A stretch of 64,000 nucleotides of DNA. It comes from a candidate division FCPU426 bacterium. Lineage in GTDB: Bacteria > Oederibacteriota > JAAXVQ01 > JAUVAV01. The translations under genes and the position numbers were made by a program. The notes under the pieces were generated by a model, which was given only the letters and a program-made list of their open reading frames with translations, had not been told where the DNA came from and did not search any database. This document shows positions 9,994-23,414 of the stretch, piece after piece. Position 1 is the stretch's first letter, and each line of letters begins with the position of its first letter. The stretch covers positions 128,001 through 192,000 of the forward strand of contig JBFLYH010000003.1 in NCBI GenBank assembly GCA_040756875.1. Direction: 5' to 3'.

Positions 9994-11309
9994 TCGCTCC
10001 GCTGCAGGGGGAAGAATTGTTCGTTCACCTTGAGGTTGAACGTCTGCACGTAGCTGTTCAGGTCCAGGGCCGGGTCCACCATCAGGGCCTGCAGCAGGTC
10101 GCGGTCCAGCGAGTCCTTGATCAGCGTCCACTCGGGAAAGAGCGGCTCATTGCGCACGTACTGCAGTTCCTCCTTCACCATGGCGAACTCGGGGAGGTTG
10201 AGCAGGTTGGTGGAGGCGGAAAAGGCGCCCGGAAAAATCGTCATCTTCAGTTCGTTCATGCGCACCCACTTCCACAGCTGGGTGGCCGGCGAGAGTTCGA
10301 AGCGGATGTATTTCCAGGCCGCGTCGCGCCGCGCCTTGGGAATCTGGGCGTTGATGATGTACACCTCGCCGCCCGCGTGGCAGGCCCGGACGCCGTCCGG
10401 CCCGGCCGGCAGGGGCGCCACGCCCGTGGCCGAAAAATCCAGGCCGTACTTGTTGATCAGCACAGGCAGCTGGATGGCCACGCCGGTCATCATGGCCACT
10501 TTGCCCAGCGCGAACATCTGCGAAATGTCCTCGTGGCTGGCCAGGGTGTTGGGCGGCAGGATGTGGTACTCGCGCCTGAGGTCGCGCCAGAACTGCAGGG
10601 TCTGGATGACTTCGGGCGAGGCCAGGTTGACCTGCCATTGCCCGCGCGGGTCGCGCTGCACCAGTTCCCCGCCGTTCTGCCACACGAAATCCATCAGGTC
10701 CCAGGTCGTGGAGGGCAGGCCCAGGCCGTACTGCCCTTTGGCGGGCACGGTGAGCAGCTTGGCGAACTCGACCAGCTCCTCCCAGTTCTTGGGCGGCTTT
10801 TCCGGGTCCAGCCCGGCTTCGCGGAACAGGTCCTTGCGGTAGAAGAGCACCGTGAAGTAGGTGTCGCGCGGCACGCCGTAGGTTTTGCCGTCGATCTGGG
10901 TGGGCTCCCAGACGCTTTTGGGAATATAGTCCCGCTGGTCCCAATCCACCAGGTAATCGTCCATGGGCGTGATGAACCCCTGCCGCGCCAGGATGGAAAG
11001 AGTGCCGACCCAGATGTGCATGACGTCCGGCCCCTTGCCGCCGGCCATGGCTGTGACGAACTCCTGGGGCGAAAACTCGCGCTCAATGCTGTTGATCTTG
11101 ATGTCCGGCTCTTCCTGCTCGAAGCGCAGGATATTTTCCTTCCACAATTGCGCTTCTTTTTCCTGGCGGGAGGGGGGTTTGTTCCAGACCTGGAGCGTCA
11201 GCCCCCGGGAGGTGACTTCGTTGACGAAATAATAATTTTGGAACCACACGGCCAGCATAAAGACACCCAGCAGGATGAAGAACAGGGTGCCGATGATTTT
11301 TCTCAGCAT
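9990..11309 (-). CDS. Sugar ABC transporter substrate-binding protein
   Basis: N-terminal hydrophobic anchor, GPDV, DGKTYGVP, LFYRKDLFREAGLDP..PPKNWEEL. Confidence 0.9.
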   Translation of the reverse strand: MLRKIIGTLFFILLGVFMLAVWFQNYYFVNEVTSRGLTLQVWNKPPSRQEKEAQLWKENILRFEQEEPDIKINSIEREFSPQEFVTAMAGGKGPDVMHIWVGTLSILARQGFITPMDDYLVDWDQRDYIPKSVWEPTQIDGKTYGVPRDTYFTVLFYRKDLFREAGLDPEKPPKNWEELVEFAKLLTVPAKGQYGLGLPSTTWDLMDFVWQNGGELVQRDPRGQWQVNLASPEVIQTLQFWRDLRREYHILPPNTLASHEDISQMFALGKVAMMTGVAIQLPVLINKYGLDFSATGVAPLPAGPDGVRACHAGGEVYIINAQIPKARRDAAWKYIRFELSPATQLWKWVRMNELKMTIFPGAFSASTNLLNLPEFAMVKEELQYVRNEPLFPEWTLIKDSLDRDLLQALMVDPALDLNSYVQTFNLKVNEQFFPLQRSE

Positions 11310-11353
11310 AAACTGCTCCTTGCGGCGCGCTTCCCTGCCGCCCGATCGTTACG

Positions 11354-11382
11354 ATCATACAAGGGCCCGGCGCGGGTGTCAA
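11354..11382 (-). promoter_or_regulatory. Sigma70-type promoter for the ABC operon
   Basis: TTGACA-N17-TATGAT on the minus strand. Confidence 0.65.
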
Positions 11383-11425
11383 GCCGCCGGGCCCTGGCAT
11401 TCCTCGGAGATCGCCGCGGAAGGCT

Positions 11426-13726
11426 TTACTTCTGGATGATCAGCACGATTTCAGCCCGCCGGTTCTTGGCCCGGCCGGCCGGCGTGGTCTCCGGCGCCAA
11501 GGGGAGGCGGGCGCCGTAACCCACGATCTCCATCTTATCTGTCGGTATCTTGCAGGAATAATGTAGGTACTCTTTCACCTTGCGCGCCCGTTCCCAGGCC
11601 AGTTCCAGTTCCTGGCCCTTGGCTTCCTGGGTGTCGGTGTAGCCCTTGATCTGCAGCCGGTACTTGGTGGCGTATTTATTGACCGTCTCGGCCGCCTGCT
11701 GCAAGCGGCGGAAGTCGCCCACCTGGATGGTCGTCGAGCCGGAGGCGAAATTGACCAGCGTCAGGTGCAGGGCCAGGGCCCGGGCGGTTTCCTCCACGCC
11801 CACGTCCGTGCCCACGGCCAGCATGGGCCCGGTGAAGGCAAAGGCGCCGGCAAAGGTCACGGTGGCCTGGGTCTGGAAGTAGGAGCCCATGCCGACCACC
11901 TGGCCGTTTTGGTCGCGGCAGTTCCAGACCACGCGGGCCGGCGGAGAACCGGCGCCCGCCAGGCGGCGGACCAGGTTCTTGTCCTCGGCCCCGCGGATCT
12001 CGACCTTCCAGGAGGACACTTCCTCCTTGGGCGCGATGTTCAGGGTGAAGGTCACGGCCGCGCCGCCCTTGGCCTTGAGGTCCACCAGCCTGGGTGCGGC
12101 TTCCATGCGGATCTTCGGTTCGACCGGCACCACGGCAAAAGTCTGGCCCGCGCTCTGGGCCTGGCCCTGCTCGTCCGTGACCACCATCACCGCCTCGTAA
12201 CCGCCCTCGTCCAGGGTCCGGCCGGCCAGCACCGGCACCCAGGGAATTTCCCGAGGCACCTTGCCTTCGCCGCTGAAGGTCTGCAGTTCCCGGCCCTCGC
12301 GCGAACGCACGGACAGCGTCCAGCGCACGGGCGGCAGGTTCTCGGCCTGGCGCGTCCGGAAGTACAGGGTCTGGGGCTTGCGGTCCGCGAACACCAGCAG
12401 CCGCTTGGGCACCACCTGCAGGGCGATGCCGGGCAGGGCCGAGCGGATCAGGACCGCGGCCAAGGCCTGGCCCAGCAGCCCGTTCTGCGCGTCGAACAAC
12501 TCCAGGCGCGCCTGGTAGGTGCCTTCGGGGCACAGGCTGCCGGCCTGGTCTTTTCCGTCCCAGGGGAACTGCTCGGTGTATTCCTGGCCGGTCCATTCGC
12601 GGGCCACGGTCCCGTCCGACCGGGCGACGGTCAGCCGCCAGTGGTGGACCAGGCTCAGATCGCCTTCCATCAGCTTGAGCTGGAACACCACGGAATCCGT
12701 CAACGTGCCGCCGCGCGGCGAGAAGACCTCGGGCAGGGCCAGCAGCTCCAGCTTGATCTCCGGCCGGGCCGCCGGCGCGGCGGCTGGGGTCGGTTCGGGC
12801 GTGGGCGCAGGCGGCGCCAGCTGCGGCAGGCCGTAGCTGGCGGCCAGGCGGTGCGACCACCCCAGTTCCGCGATCTGCCCCACCAGCGAATACTGGATGT
12901 CCCAGTCCGCCACCCGCACGCCCGCGCCGAAAGTGAACGTGCTGGCGTAGGAACTGTTGACCATGTAGCCCGCGCGCACGCCCACGATGTCCTGGAACCA
13001 CCGCTCCACGCCCAGGCGCAGCAGGCGGGTTTCCCGGGCCTGCTGGCCGGAGCCGATCCACTCCAGGTCCACGGCCGCGACCGTGGAGGCGTCGGGCCGC
13101 CAGGCCGATCCCAGGACCGCGCTTTGCGGCACCTGTTCGCTGAACCCGTTGTTCCAGGCCAGGCGGGTGTCCAGGTCCGCGAGCGTCAGGGACACGGCCA
13201 GCTGCTGGCCCGGCGCCGGAGCCGGCAGTAGATAGCGCAGGCCCACGTCCACGCCCAGGCCCGAATAATTCAGCTCGGCCTTGGGGATGAACCCGAAGAG
13301 GAATTTCAGGCCCGCGCCCAGGCGCAGGCGCTCGTCCGGCGTGAACGGCAGGCTGCCGGCCAGGTGCAGGGCGTCGGCGTTGATCTCCGCGGCCTGGGAA
13401 AAATATTCGTGCTGCCAGTTGAAGCCGGCGGCCGCGCCCGCGGGCAGCGGCCCGCCGGCCGCGAAGTTCACCACCCGCAGCCGGCCGTCGTACAGGGACC
13501 CGAATGACGTCCCGAAGCGCCAGGCCGAAAGGTCGCCCAGGCCCGCGGGGTTCCACGCCACCGCGGTCTCGTCGCCGGCCACGGCCGTATAAGCGCCGGC
13601 CATGCCCATGGCGCGCGCGCCCAGGCCGTTGGCCCCGCCCTTCTCATACAGGCCCGCGTTCAGCGCCTGCGGCCACAGCAGGGCCGCGGCCAGCAGCCAT
13701 CCCCATCCGGAGCCGGGCCGCCTCAT
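11426..13726 (-). CDS. PorV/FadL-like beta-barrel + FlgD-type Ig repeats + OmpA-like peptidoglycan-binding domain
   Basis: Signal peptide; [26 protein letters not shown]; repeated W.G.D..G....G.Y motifs; C-terminal NFASGS...IKGYTD...[10 protein letters not shown]. Confidence 0.75.
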   Translation of the reverse strand: MRRPGSGWGWLLAAALLWPQALNAGLYEKGGANGLGARAMGMAGAYTAVAGDETAVAWNPAGLGDLSAWRFGTSFGSLYDGRLRVVNFAAGGPLPAGAAAGFNWQHEYFSQAAEINADALHLAGSLPFTPDERLRLGAGLKFLFGFIPKAELNYSGLGVDVGLRYLLPAPAPGQQLAVSLTLADLDTRLAWNNGFSEQVPQSAVLGSAWRPDASTVAAVDLEWIGSGQQARETRLLRLGVERWFQDIVGVRAGYMVNSSYASTFTFGAGVRVADWDIQYSLVGQIAELGWSHRLAASYGLPQLAPPAPTPEPTPAAAPAARPEIKLELLALPEVFSPRGGTLTDSVVFQLKLMEGDLSLVHHWRLTVARSDGTVAREWTGQEYTEQFPWDGKDQAGSLCPEGTYQARLELFDAQNGLLGQALAAVLIRSALPGIALQVVPKRLLVFADRKPQTLYFRTRQAENLPPVRWTLSVRSREGRELQTFSGEGKVPREIPWVPVLAGRTLDEGGYEAVMVVTDEQGQAQSAGQTFAVVPVEPKIRMEAAPRLVDLKAKGGAAVTFTLNIAPKEEVSSWKVEIRGAEDKNLVRRLAGAGSPPARVVWNCRDQNGQVVGMGSYFQTQATVTFAGAFAFTGPMLAVGTDVGVEETARALALHLTLVNFASGSTTIQVGDFRRLQQAAETVNKYATKYRLQIKGYTDTQEAKGQELELAWERARKVKEYLHYSCKIPTDKMEIVGYGARLPLAPETTPAGRAKNRRAEIVLIIQK

Positions 13727-16700
13727 CGCACCACCGCCAGCTTGAGGATCTGCCGTTCGGTCTGGCCGCTGGACGGATCGGTCGCCGTCACCACCACCAG
13801 GTAGACGCCGCTGGCCAGGCGCTCGCCGCGGGCGTTGGTCATGTTCCAGGTCAGCATGTCAGAGGAGCCGAAGTCCAGCTTGGCCAGCAGCTCGCCCGTG
13901 ATCGTGTACACCTTGGCCTTCACCTGCGCGCCGGCCAGTCGCGTGCGCACCCAGATGACGACCGTGTCGCGCGCCGGGTTGGGCGAGAGTTTCGCCGCGC
14001 TCACCACCCGGGCCGCGGACCGGATCACGGTCACGGCCTTGGTGACCACGGTGCGACGGTCCAGGCGGTCCGTGCTGATCGCCTGGATGTAATACTGGCC
14101 GCTCGCGACCAGCTGGTTCTCCTCGTTGGTCCCGTCCCAAGTGCCCTGGAACAGGTTGTCCGCCCAGATCTGCAGCTGCTCCCGGCCGTCGGCGTTCAGG
14201 AGCTCGCTGGAAAGCTGGAAGTCGTTGGCCGTCTGGATGATCGGCGTCTCCAGCAGGGTGCGGACGCGGGTGCCGGCCGTATCCAGCACCAGCAGCACCA
14301 GGCGCACGCCCGCGATCTCGGTCGGCGTGGGCGACGCCGTGGGCGAGGCCGTGATGGTCGGGGTGATGGTCGGCGTGGGCGTGATCGTGGGCGTGGGCGT
14401 GATGGTCGGCGTCGCGGTCGCCGTGGGCGTGACTGTGAAGGTCTGGGTCACGGTAAACGTTTCGGTGACGGTCGGTGTGTCCGTATCCGTCGGTGTGACC
14501 GTGGGCGTGGGCGTGACCGTGTACGTCGGCGTCTGGGTCGGGGTCTCGGTGTCCGTGGGGGTCGAGGTCAGGGTCGGTGTGACCGTATACGTCGGCGAAT
14601 CCGTGGGCGTGAAGGTGGATGTCGGCGTGTCCGTCGGCGTCATGGTGATGGTTTCCGTCTCGGTAATGGTCAGGGTCGGCGTGGACGTGGGCGTATCCGT
14701 GGAAGTCCAGGTGTCGGTCGGCGTGGCGGTCGAGGTCGCGGTGTCCGTGTCGGTCGGTGTGGCGGTCGAGGTCGAGGTTCCGGTCGGCGTCATGGTCGCG
14801 GTATCCGTGTCCGTGGGCGTGGCCGTGGGCGTCTGCGTGCAGGTGGCGGTGGCAGTGGGGGTATCCGTCGGCGTCATCGTATAGGTACCCGTATCCGTCG
14901 GCGTGACGGTGGAGGTCGGCGTGTCCGTCGGCGTCATGGTCGCCGTGGCCGTATCCGTCGGCGTGGCGGTGGAGGTCGGCGTGTCGGTCGGCGTCACGGT
15001 CACGGTATCCGTGTCCGTGGGCGTGGCCGTGTAGGTCGGCGTATCGGTCGGGGTCATGGTATCAGTTTCGGTCTCTGTGGGCGTAGCCGTAGACTCCGGC
15101 GTATCCGTCGGCGTGACGGTGTAAGTCGGCGTATCTGTCGGCGTCATGGTCACGGTATCCGTGTCCGTGGGCGTGGCCGTGTACGTCGGCGTGTCCGTCG
15201 GCGTCATGGTCACGGTGTCCGTGTCCGTGGGCGTGGCCGTGTACGTCGGCGTGTCCGTCGGCGTCATGGTCGGCGTGTCCGTGTCCGTGGGCGTGGCCGT
15301 GTACGTCGGCGTATCGGTCGGCGTCATGGTCGACGTGTCCGTGTCCGTGGGCGTGGCCGTGTACGTCGGCGTGTCCGTCGGCGTCATGGTCGACGTGTCC
15401 GTGTCCGTGGGCGTGGCCGTAGAGGTCGGCGTGTCCGTCGGCGTCATGGTCGACGTGTCTGTGTCCGTGGGCGTGGCTGTGGACGTCGGCGTGTCCGTCG
15501 GCGTCATGGTCGCGGTATCTGTATCCGTGGGCGTGGCTGTGTACGTCGGCGTGTCCGTCGGCGTCATGGTCGACGTGTCCGTATCCGTGGGCGTGGCCGT
15601 GTACGTCGGCGTGTCCGTCGGCGTCATGGTCGACGTGTCCGTATCCGTGGGCGTGGCCGTGTACGTCGGCGTGTCCGTCGGCGTCATGGTCACTGTGTCC
15701 GTATCCGTGGCTGTGGCCGTGTACGTCGGTGTGTCCGTCGGCGTCATGGTCACGGTGTCCGTGTCCGTGGCTGTGGCGGTGTAGGTCGGCGTGTCCGTGG
15801 GCGTCATGGTCGACGTGTCCGTGTCCGTGGCTGTGGCCGTATACGTCGGCGTGTCCGTGGGCGTCATGGTCGCGGTATCCGTGTCCGTGGGCGTCACGGT
15901 CGGCGTGGATGTGGAGGTGTCTGTATCCGTCGGCGTAGCCGTGAACGTCGGCGTATCGGTCGGCGTCACCGTAAACGTCGGGGTGTCCGTCGGCGTAGCC
16001 GTAGAGGTCGGCGTATCCGTCGGCGTTACCGTAAAGGTCGGCGTGTCCGTCGGGGTTACCGTAAAGGTCGGTGTGTCGGTCGGCGTCACTGTAAACGTCG
16101 GGGTGTCCGTCGGCGTAGCTGTAAAGGTCGGCGTGTCCGTCGGGGTTACCGTAAAGGTCGGCGTGTCCGTCGGCGTCACCGTGTCCGTCGGCGTGTCGGT
16201 CGGCGTCGCCGTAGAGGTCGGGGTGTCGGTCGGCGTGGTGGTAAACGTCGGCGTGTCCGTGGGCGTGATGGTCGCGGTATCCGTGTCCGTGGGCGTCGCC
16301 GTAGAGGTCGGGGTGTCGGTCGGCGTGGTGGTAAGCGTCGGCGTGTCCGTGGGCGTATCCGTGGGCGTGACCGTGGAGGTGTCGGTATCCGTCGGCGTGG
16401 CCGTGGACGTGGGCGTGTCCGTCGAAGTCGGCGTGAACGTGGGCGTGTCGGTACAGGTCGCGGTATCCGTATCCGTCGGCGTCACGGTATAGGTTCCCGT
16501 GTCCGTGGGTGTGACCGTGAAAGTCGGCGTATCCGTGGATGTTTCCGTAATGGTCGGGGTCGGGGTGTGGGTGACGGTGTTGGTGATCGTATCCTTCAGG
16601 GTCGGCGTATCCGTGGGCGTCTCGGTGTTCGTGGGCGAAATGGTCGAGGTGAGGGTAATGGTATCCGTAGGCGTGGCCGTGCTGGTGTCCGTATCCGTGG

Positions 16701-19700
16701 GCGTGACTGTATACGTCGGGGTGTGCGTGGGGGTATCCGTGGGTGAAGCCGTGGAGGTCCAGGTATCGGTCGGCGTCGCCGTAGAGGTCGGGGTGTCGGT
16801 CGGCGTCACGGTGTAAGTATCCGTGTCCGTGGGCGTGGCTGTGTACGTCGGCGTATCGGTCGGCGTCGCGGTACTGGTTGAAGTGTCAGTGGGCGTCACG
16901 GTAACGGTCAGCGTATCCGTCGGTGTCACGGTGAAAGTTGGCGTATCCGTCGGCGTTACGGTGTACGTACCCGTATCCGTGGGCGTCACCGTATAGGTCG
17001 GCGTGTCCGTGGGCGTCGTCGTATCCGTGGGCGTATCGGTTGGCGTGACGGTATAGGTCGGCGTGTCCGTCGGCGTCACGGTAAAGGTCGGCGTGTCCGT
17101 CGGCGTCACGGTAAAGGTCGGTGTATCCGTCGGCGTCACGGTGAAAGTTGGCGTATCCGTCGGGGTCACCGTATACGTCGGGGTGTCCGTCGGCGTCACG
17201 GTAAAGGTCGGGGTATCCGTCGGCGTCACCGTATACGTGGGGGTATCGGTCGGCGTCACGGTATACGTCGGGGTATCGGTCGGCGTCACCGTAAAAGTCG
17301 GCGTGTCCGTCGGGGTCGCTGTATACGTCGGCGTATCCGTGGGTGTCACGGTAAAGGTCGGCGTGTCCGTCGGCGTCACCGTATACGTCGGGGTATCGGT
17401 CGGCGTCACCGTAAAAGTCGGTGTGTCCGTCGGCGTCACCGTATACGTCGGGGTATCTGTCGGCGTTACCGTATACGTCGGGGTATCCGTTGGGGTCACG
17501 GTATAGGTCGGCGTGTCCGTCGGCGTCACCGTATACGTCGGTGTATCCGTCGGCGTCACGGTAAAAGTCGGGGTATCTGTCGGCGTCACCGTATACGTCG
17601 GTGTATCCGTCGGCGTCACCGTATACGTCGGTGTATCCGTCGGCGTCACGGTATACGTCGGTGTATCCGTCGGCGTTACGGTATACGTCGGTGTATCCGT
17701 CGGCGTCACCGTATACGTCGGTGTATCCGTCGGCGTCACGGTAAAAGTCGGGGTATCTGTCGGCGTCACCGTATACGTCGGTGTATCCGTCGGCGTCACC
17801 GTATACGTCGGGGTATCCGTTGGGGTCACGGTATAGGTCGGCGTGTCCGTCGGCGTCACCGTATACGTCGGTGTATCCGTCGGCGTCGCCGTAAAGGTCG
17901 GGGTGTCGGTCGGCGTGGTGGTAAACGTCGGCGTGTCGGTCGGCGTGGTGGTAAACGTCGGCGTATCCGTCGGCGTCACGGTATAGGTCGGCGTGTCCGT
18001 CGGGGTCACCGTGTAAGTCGGTGTGTCCGTCGGCGTTACCGTGTAGGTCGGCGTGTCGGTCGGCGTGGTGGTAAACGTCGGCGTGTCCGTCGGTGTCACC
18101 GTGAAGGTCGGCGTGTCGGTCGGCGTGGTGGTAAACGTCGGCGTATCCGTCGGCGTCGCCGTAAAGGTCGGGGTGTCGGTCGGCGTGGTGGTAAACGTCG
18201 GCGTGTCGGTCGGCGTGGTGGTAAACGTCGGCGTATCCGTCGGCGTCGCCGTAAAGGTCGGGGTGTCGGTCGGCGTGGTGGTAAACGTCGGCGTGTCGGT
18301 CGGCGTCGCCGTAAAAGTCGGGGTGTCGGTCGGCGTGGCGGTATCTGTCGGCGTGTCCGTGGGCGTGGTGGTGAAGGTCGGGGTGTCGGTCGGCGTGGCG
18401 GTATCTGTCGGCGTGTCCGTCGGCGTCATCGTACCGGTCGGCGAATCGGTCGGGGTCTCGCTGGCCGTGTTGGTCGGCGTCGGGGTGAAGGTAAACGTGC
18501 CGGTGGCAGAGGCGGTCGGCGTCGGCGTGGGCGTAAAGGTCCGGCTGGCCGAAGGCGAAGGCGTGATGGTGGGCGTCAAGGTCACCGTGGCTGTGGGCGG
18601 GTTGTTGCTCCAGGAAATAATGCCGGGAATATTGGCCGTCAAGGCCGGGAACCCGGCGCCGCTGGCGGTCACGGTGTTGGTTTCCGGATTTTCATTGTGC
18701 ACGAGCACTTGCGCCCAGCCGTTGGCGTCGGCCACGCCGGTCAGGCTGTTGAAATAATAGGCGCCGGGCCTCAGCAGCGTGCTGTCGATAAAGAAGCTGG
18801 TGCCCGTGGTGGTCACGGTCAGGACCGCGGCGGACGAGGTGACGTTGCCGTAGCGGTCCGTGATCTGCAGGTCCACGTAAGCCGGGTTGCTGGTCAGCAC
18901 GTATTGCAGGGCCGGCGTGGCCACCACGTGGTCAGGCGCGCCGGCGATGAAAAGCACGCTTTCCGGCACGTCGCGGTCCGGCACGGCCGTGGAGCCGGGC
19001 AGGGTGGCTGAATGCGGGGTGGCCCAGGCGGTTTCCGCGGTCTGGTCGGTGATGGTAATGGTCGCCGCGCCCGTGCCGGCTGTGGTGCCGGTCACGTAAT
19101 TGGTGCCCACCCCGGCCGGGCCGGTGAGCGACGTGGCCGTGAACCAGGCGTTGCCGCTGGCGGTCACGGTAATGGCCTGGGCGCTGGCCACGTTGTTGCC
19201 GTCCGCGTCCACCACCTGGATGTTCAACACCCGCGTGTTGCCGGCCGTGACCGGCGTGCCCGTGGGATCGGTGATCACCAGATGGTCCGCGCCGCCCGAG
19301 GCAAACACCACGGTCGCGGACACGTCCAGGGCGGGATTGCCCCACAAGCCGCTATTCGGGGTCACGGTCACGGTCTGCGCGACCAGGTCGCGCAGGTTCA
19401 GAACCGCCTGGCCGCTGGCATTGGTGAACCCGAACGCCAGGTTGGTGCCCGCGCCGGTCCAGCCGCCGGGCACGCTGGCGAAATAGGCCGAGCCGCTGGC
19501 CGTGACCGTCACCGGGTAGCTGGCGCCCACGGCCGCGCCCGTGCTGTCATAGAGTTGCAGGGTGATGTCCTCGCCCGGCCCGCCGGCGCCCACGGCCGCG
19601 CTGCCGTCCACCGCGGTGGCCACCGTGTACAGCGGCGGCCGGAACGTGGTCTGGGCCGTTACGTCCCGGCCGGGCGTGCCCCAGGCGTGAGAGGGCGAAA

Positions 19701-22700
19701 CGGTCACGGTTTCGGCTGCAGCGTCGGTCAGGGTCGCGGTTGCGGAACCGTCGCCGCCGGTGGTGACCGCGATCGGGTTGCCGGCCGCGGGCGCGGTGAA
19801 AGTGGCCGAACCGGTGGACGTCAGGTTGAAGGTCTGCACGCCGGACAACGAATTGCCCAGGCTGTCGAACACCTGGCAGGTGAAGACCCGGGAAGCGTTC
19901 ACGGGCTGGGCCGACGTGGCCGGGAACACCGCGACGTAGTCCGCGGCCATCACGTAAAACTCGTAGAACCGGTCCTGGGTCACGCCGTTGCTTTCCGTGG
20001 CGGTCACGAACGCCGCCCATTTCCCGGTCGGGCTGTTGGGGAAGGTGTAGTTGTAGCGGTACCAGCGCCACACGGCCGGGCTGCCGGAGTCCGTGGCCAG
20101 CAGGGTCATAGCCGCGTTCAGCACCCGGGTGGTCCCGGCTGAATCCACGATGGTGATGACCGCGCCGGTGATGTCGTAGGCGCCCAGGGGGTCGGAGATC
20201 CGCGCGCCGAACGAGCCGGCGTAGCCTCCGGCCTGGGCCGCGATGGATTGGCGGGTGTTGCCCGACGCGTCGAAAACCTGGATGGCGTCCACCCGGATGT
20301 AAGTGGTGGTCGTCATCTGAACGCGGGAGCGCTGGGTGGTGGAGTGATAGACCCGGAAATAACCGGTGGTGCTGCCGTAGCCCAGGTGCGTGAACCGCAT
20401 GGCCAGGGCGTACCCGGCCGGCACGGTGACCGGCGAAGCCACGGGAATGGTGAACGTCCGGGTGGCCGGCGTGCTGTTGGGAATCTGGATGGCCGTCAGC
20501 GTGGTTTCGCCGATCACCACGGTGTTGAAGCCATTGGTGTAAAAGAGCGTGACCGTGGCGTCCACGGAGCGGTTGTTGGTGGCGAGGATCAGCGGGATGG
20601 TCACGTTGGCCGTAATGGTGAAATCATCGGCCAGGGCCGGCTGCATGGACCAGGTTTGCTGGGAGAAAATCGGAATCAGCGTGTAGGTGCCGGTCGCGCT
20701 GGGGTCCGGCGTCGTGTCCAGGGAATAATTGGAAGCGCTGGGATGCAAATACAATGTCTTGGTTCTCGCGGCGGGCGCGAGCGATGTGGTGGTGAAGGTG
20801 GCGGTGCCCTGCAGGGACCCGCTTTGCTGCTGGGCGGTCAGGTGGATGACGTCCGTCACCCCGCCGCGTTCGCTGGCCGGGATGGACTTGCCCACCAGCA
20901 GGAACGTCGGCGTGCCGGCGGCCACGTTCACGTCCGGCCGGCTGTTGCCGTTGGTGTCATAGCCCCCCAGGACCCAATCCCAGGTGCCGTCGCCCGCCGC
21001 GTCCGCGGCAATGGTCACGCCCGCAGGCGTCAGCAAGTACGTGGCCCAGCCCGCGGTGGAGGGCGTGACCGTCAGGTCCCAGCGGTCCGTGACCGCGCTG
21101 CTGGTCAGGGACACCCCGTAATACACGGTCCGGCCCGGGTTGGCGGACGCGCTCCCGTCCGGCGCCAGGGAAAAGCCGCTGACCACGAAGGTCACGGTCC
21201 GGGAGTCGTTGCCCGTGTTCTGGTCCGTGTAGCCGGTGTCCGCGGCCAGGTTGGTGTACAGCTTGGCCGTGTAGGTGCCGGCCGGGACCGAGGAAATATC
21301 GAAGGCGCAGGTCACGGTCGCGGTCTCGGCGTCCGGCACGCTCAGGTCCACGGCCGTGAAGGTGACGTCTACGGGCGTGAAGGACGGGGCCGTGGACGTG
21401 ATCGAAATGTGCACCGGCAGGCCGAAGAAATCCTGCAGGCCGTACAGGGCTACCAGGCCCTGGATGTTGACCAGGGGGGTGACGCTGGGGTTGTACACCG
21501 TGCCGTCCGCCGGCGCGCTCAGGCTGTGGATGCCCGTGTCGTGCATCTTGCTCATGCCGTAGTCAATGCCGTCCTTCATGTCCTGGTAGGCCGTGCCGTT
21601 GGGCGTGTTGCTGTAGGACCAGACCACGGGCATGACCCAGGTGGACTGGGCGTTGAGGCTGGCGCGGTCCCAGGCCAGGGCTGTGCCCGCGTCGCCGAAA
21701 TAGTTGTTGTTGTTCTGCAGGTTGTCGTCGCGGATCCGCTGCCACATGGGAATGTACGCGGAGACGTCGTGCTGCGAGGAAGTTTCCCAGCCCCTGAATC
21801 CGCCGTAAGAAATCGGGCTGCCCGAGGGCTTGTAGCCGTACACGATGTCGTCCGTGGCGTTGTAGGCGCAGCTGTCGCCGGTGTTGTCGCCGCTGAAGTT
21901 CCAGTCCAGGCCCTGGAAGAACCTGAGGCTGGTTGCCTGCGTGCTGGCGTGGAGGTTTTTAATGTAATAGATGGCGGTGAACCACTTGAGGTTGCCGCGG
22001 ATGATGACCTTCTGGGTGATCGAGACCGGGACCGGCGCGCCCGCGGGCGCCGCCAATTCCGTGACAATGACCGATTCCAGCTTGCCGTTGGGCGTCTCGT
22101 GCAATTGCGTGTACGTCCGGGAAAGGTCGGTGAAATCGCCGTCGGCGCCGGTGTTGATGCCGCCGGGATTCCCGTACTGCCGGGTGAGGCCGCCGGCCGT
22201 GTAGCGCAGGGCGAGCTTGCTGCCGGCCATGTTGTCGTAGTTGGTGCCCAGGTTGTTGTCGCCCGTGCGGCCCAAGTGGTCGTCCGCGGCCGAGGGCATG
22301 CCGCCGTTGTAGGGCCAGATGATGGCCGAAATCTGGCCGCCGTAATCATTGCTGGCCGTGCCGGCGATCTCCACCATCAGGGAGTTGCTCGGCCCGGGGG
22401 GCGAAAGGAAGACCGTGTAGCCGGTGATCGGGTCGTCGTAGAAAACCAGCTGGCTGCCTTCCATGTACCACTGCAGGTTCTCGCCCTGGACCTTGCCGGT
22501 GGCGCGGTCCTGCGTGCCGCGGTTGGCGATTACCAGGCCGTCCGCGCGGCGGATCTCCCGCACGCGGTACCCGGCCGGGATGTCCGCGGTCAGGCGGTAC
22601 CACTGGCCCTCGAGCTTGTCGCTGAGCGTGAGTTCCAGGCAATTGTCCGCCAGGCGGTTGGCCTGGCGCAGGCGGGCGCGTTCCAGCCCGGCCGCGGGGC

Positions 22701-23100
22701 GCAGGGCGCCGCGGTAGCCGGACAGGTCCTGGTAGGCGTGCTCCACGTACAGCCGCCGGCCGGGCTTCAGCTGGCGGCCGCGGCCCAGGCGCAGGCCCGG
22801 GCGGAAGGCGCTGGTTTCCACCTGGCCTTCGCTCACGCTGCGCACGCGCACCGGCGTCAGGGCCCCCAGGCCCTGCGGCACCGCGGCGTCGGCGGCCACG
22901 CCCTGGCTGCGCAGCTGGCCGGGCTCGGGCGCCACGGCCTGGCGCACCACGTACTCGCGGCTGGCCGGGTCCCAGGCCAGCACCTGGTCCGGCGGCGCGG
23001 GCGCGTACGCGGCCTGGCTGGCCGCAGCCGCAGCTAGCAGCGCGATTACGCCGGCTGCCGAGGCCAGGAATCTGATTGTCGGTCGAACGTCACAGCTCAC
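13723..23100 (-). CDS. Giant secreted/surface protein (3125 aa): Ig-like beta domains, Thr/Pro repeat stalk, T9SS-like C-terminal domain
   Basis: Signal peptide; GTG after GGAGGG; ~1400 aa of TPTDTPT repeats; C-terminal SPNPARD...YTITGE...LASGVYLV...KLAVVR. Confidence 0.85.
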   Translation of the reverse strand: MSCDVRPTIRFLASAAGVIALLAAAAASQAAYAPAPPDQVLAWDPASREYVVRQAVAPEPGQLRSQGVAADAAVPQGLGALTPVRVRSVSEGQVETSAFRPGLRLGRGRQLKPGRRLYVEHAYQDLSGYRGALRPAAGLERARLRQANRLADNCLELTLSDKLEGQWYRLTADIPAGYRVREIRRADGLVIANRGTQDRATGKVQGENLQWYMEGSQLVFYDDPITGYTVFLSPPGPSNSLMVEIAGTASNDYGGQISAIIWPYNGGMPSAADDHLGRTGDNNLGTNYDNMAGSKLALRYTAGGLTRQYGNPGGINTGADGDFTDLSRTYTQLHETPNGKLESVIVTELAAPAGAPVPVSITQKVIIRGNLKWFTAIYYIKNLHASTQATSLRFFQGLDWNFSGDNTGDSCAYNATDDIVYGYKPSGSPISYGGFRGWETSSQHDVSAYIPMWQRIRDDNLQNNNNYFGDAGTALAWDRASLNAQSTWVMPVVWSYSNTPNGTAYQDMKDGIDYGMSKMHDTGIHSLSAPADGTVYNPSVTPLVNIQGLVALYGLQDFFGLPVHISITSTAPSFTPVDVTFTAVDLSVPDAETATVTCAFDISSVPAGTYTAKLYTNLAADTGYTDQNTGNDSRTVTFVVSGFSLAPDGSASANPGRTVYYGVSLTSSAVTDRWDLTVTPSTAGWATYLLTPAGVTIAADAAGDGTWDWVLGGYDTNGNSRPDVNVAAGTPTFLLVGKSIPASERGGVTDVIHLTAQQQSGSLQGTATFTTTSLAPAARTKTLYLHPSASNYSLDTTPDPSATGTYTLIPIFSQQTWSMQPALADDFTITANVTIPLILATNNRSVDATVTLFYTNGFNTVVIGETTLTAIQIPNSTPATRTFTIPVASPVTVPAGYALAMRFTHLGYGSTTGYFRVYHSTTQRSRVQMTTTTYIRVDAIQVFDASGNTRQSIAAQAGGYAGSFGARISDPLGAYDITGAVITIVDSAGTTRVLNAAMTLLATDSGSPAVWRWYRYNYTFPNSPTGKWAAFVTATESNGVTQDRFYEFYVMAADYVAVFPATSAQPVNASRVFTCQVFDSLGNSLSGVQTFNLTSTGSATFTAPAAGNPIAVTTGGDGSATATLTDAAAETVTVSPSHAWGTPGRDVTAQTTFRPPLYTVATAVDGSAAVGAGGPGEDITLQLYDSTGAAVGASYPVTVTASGSAYFASVPGGWTGAGTNLAFGFTNASGQAVLNLRDLVAQTVTVTPNSGLWGNPALDVSATVVFASGGADHLVITDPTGTPVTAGNTRVLNIQVVDADGNNVASAQAITVTASGNAWFTATSLTGPAGVGTNYVTGTTAGTGAATITITDQTAETAWATPHSATLPGSTAVPDRDVPESVLFIAGAPDHVVATPALQYVLTSNPAYVDLQITDRYGNVTSSAAVLTVTTTGTSFFIDSTLLRPGAYYFNSLTGVADANGWAQVLVHNENPETNTVTASGAGFPALTANIPGIISWSNNPPTATVTLTPTITPSPSASRTFTPTPTPTASATGTFTFTPTPTNTASETPTDSPTGTMTPTDTPTDTATPTDTPTFTTTPTDTPTDTATPTDTPTFTATPTDTPTFTTTPTDTPTFTATPTDTPTFTTTPTDTPTFTTTPTDTPTFTATPTDTPTFTTTPTDTPTFTVTPTDTPTFTTTPTDTPTYTVTPTDTPTYTVTPTDTPTYTVTPTDTPTFTTTPTDTPTFTTTPTDTPTFTATPTDTPTYTVTPTDTPTYTVTPTDTPTYTVTPTDTPTYTVTPTDTPTFTVTPTDTPTYTVTPTDTPTYTVTPTDTPTYTVTPTDTPTYTVTPTDTPTYTVTPTDTPTFTVTPTDTPTYTVTPTDTPTYTVTPTDTPTYTVTPTDTPTYTVTPTDTPTFTVTPTDTPTYTVTPTDTPTFTVTPTDTPTYTATPTDTPTFTVTPTDTPTYTVTPTDTPTYTVTPTDTPTFTVTPTDTPTYTVTPTDTPTFTVTPTDTPTFTVTPTDTPTFTVTPTDTPTYTVTPTDTPTDTTTPTDTPTYTVTPTDTGTYTVTPTDTPTFTVTPTDTLTVTVTPTDTSTSTATPTDTPTYTATPTDTDTYTVTPTDTPTSTATPTDTWTSTASPTDTPTHTPTYTVTPTDTDTSTATPTDTITLTSTISPTNTETPTDTPTLKDTITNTVTHTPTPTITETSTDTPTFTVTPTDTGTYTVTPTDTDTATCTDTPTFTPTSTDTPTSTATPTDTDTSTVTPTDTPTDTPTLTTTPTDTPTSTATPTDTDTATITPTDTPTFTTTPTDTPTSTATPTDTPTDTVTPTDTPTFTVTPTDTPTFTATPTDTPTFTVTPTDTPTFTVTPTDTPTFTVTPTDTPTSTATPTDTPTFTVTPTDTPTFTATPTDTDTSTSTPTVTPTDTDTATMTPTDTPTYTATATDTDTSTMTPTDTPTYTATATDTDTVTMTPTDTPTYTATATDTDTVTMTPTDTPTYTATPTDTDTSTMTPTDTPTYTATPTDTDTSTMTPTDTPTYTATPTDTDTATMTPTDTPTSTATPTDTDTSTMTPTDTPTSTATPTDTDTSTMTPTDTPTYTATPTDTDTSTMTPTDTPTYTATPTDTDTPTMTPTDTPTYTATPTDTDTVTMTPTDTPTYTATPTDTDTVTMTPTDTPTYTVTPTDTPESTATPTETETDTMTPTDTPTYTATPTDTDTVTVTPTDTPTSTATPTDTATATMTPTDTPTSTVTPTDTGTYTMTPTDTPTATATCTQTPTATPTDTDTATMTPTGTSTSTATPTDTDTATSTATPTDTWTSTDTPTSTPTLTITETETITMTPTDTPTSTFTPTDSPTYTVTPTLTSTPTDTETPTQTPTYTVTPTPTVTPTDTDTPTVTETFTVTQTFTVTPTATATPTITPTPTITPTPTITPTITASPTASPTPTEIAGVRLVLLVLDTAGTRVRTLLETPIIQTANDFQLSSELLNADGREQLQIWADNLFQGTWDGTNEENQLVASGQYYIQAISTDRLDRRTVVTKAVTVIRSAARVVSAAKLSPNPARDTVVIWVRTRLAGAQVKAKVYTITGELLAKLDFGSSDMLTWNMTNARGERLASGVYLVVVTATDPSSGQTERQILKLAVVR
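14320..18595 (-). repeat. Coding tandem repeat with a 30-bp unit (TPTDTPT[FY]T[VAT]) and 60-bp higher-order blocks
   Basis: Directly visible periodicity, e.g. gtcggcgtgtccgtcggcgtcaccgtatac; 60-bp register at about 15130-15880. Confidence 0.95.
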
Positions 23101-23147
23101 CGACGGCCCTCCGGAAAAATACGGTTAGCGTACAGGTCCCCCCTGCT

Positions 23148-23414
23148 TTAGTGCCTGGGGTTGGCGCACACGTGCTTGATCGCCTTGCTCAAGGCCACCA
23201 CCAGATCAGCCCCGAACTGCTGCTGCATCTCCGCCACGCGCGTGAAGGTGTGGCCCTTGTCGGTCACCACGTACTTGGGCGGCAGATGGTTCAGCGCGTG
23301 GGCCAGGATGTCCAGCCGGCACCGGCTGCACTTGCATACCTCGGGCCTGCGTTTTTCCAACAGCTCGTCCAGGGCGTTGCGTGCCGCGTCTTCCATATAA
23401 TTCTTCAGTCTCAT
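23148..23414 (-). CDS. ComFB (late competence development) family protein
   Basis: LKNYMED, CKCSRCRLDILAHALNHLPPKYVVT, terminal NPRH. Confidence 0.9.
   Translation of the reverse strand: MRLKNYMEDAARNALDELLEKRRPEVCKCSRCRLDILAHALNHLPPKYVVTDKGHTFTRVAEMQQQFGADLVVALSKAIKHVCANPRH

Noticed and set aside
14320-18595. Possible CRISPR array
   Set aside because: Contiguous in-frame coding repeats with no unique spacers and no cas genes
13504-18757. Long + strand ORFs rich in VGVSVGV or Arg/Gly
   Set aside because: Antisense shadows of the Thr/Pro repeat in the giant minus-strand gene
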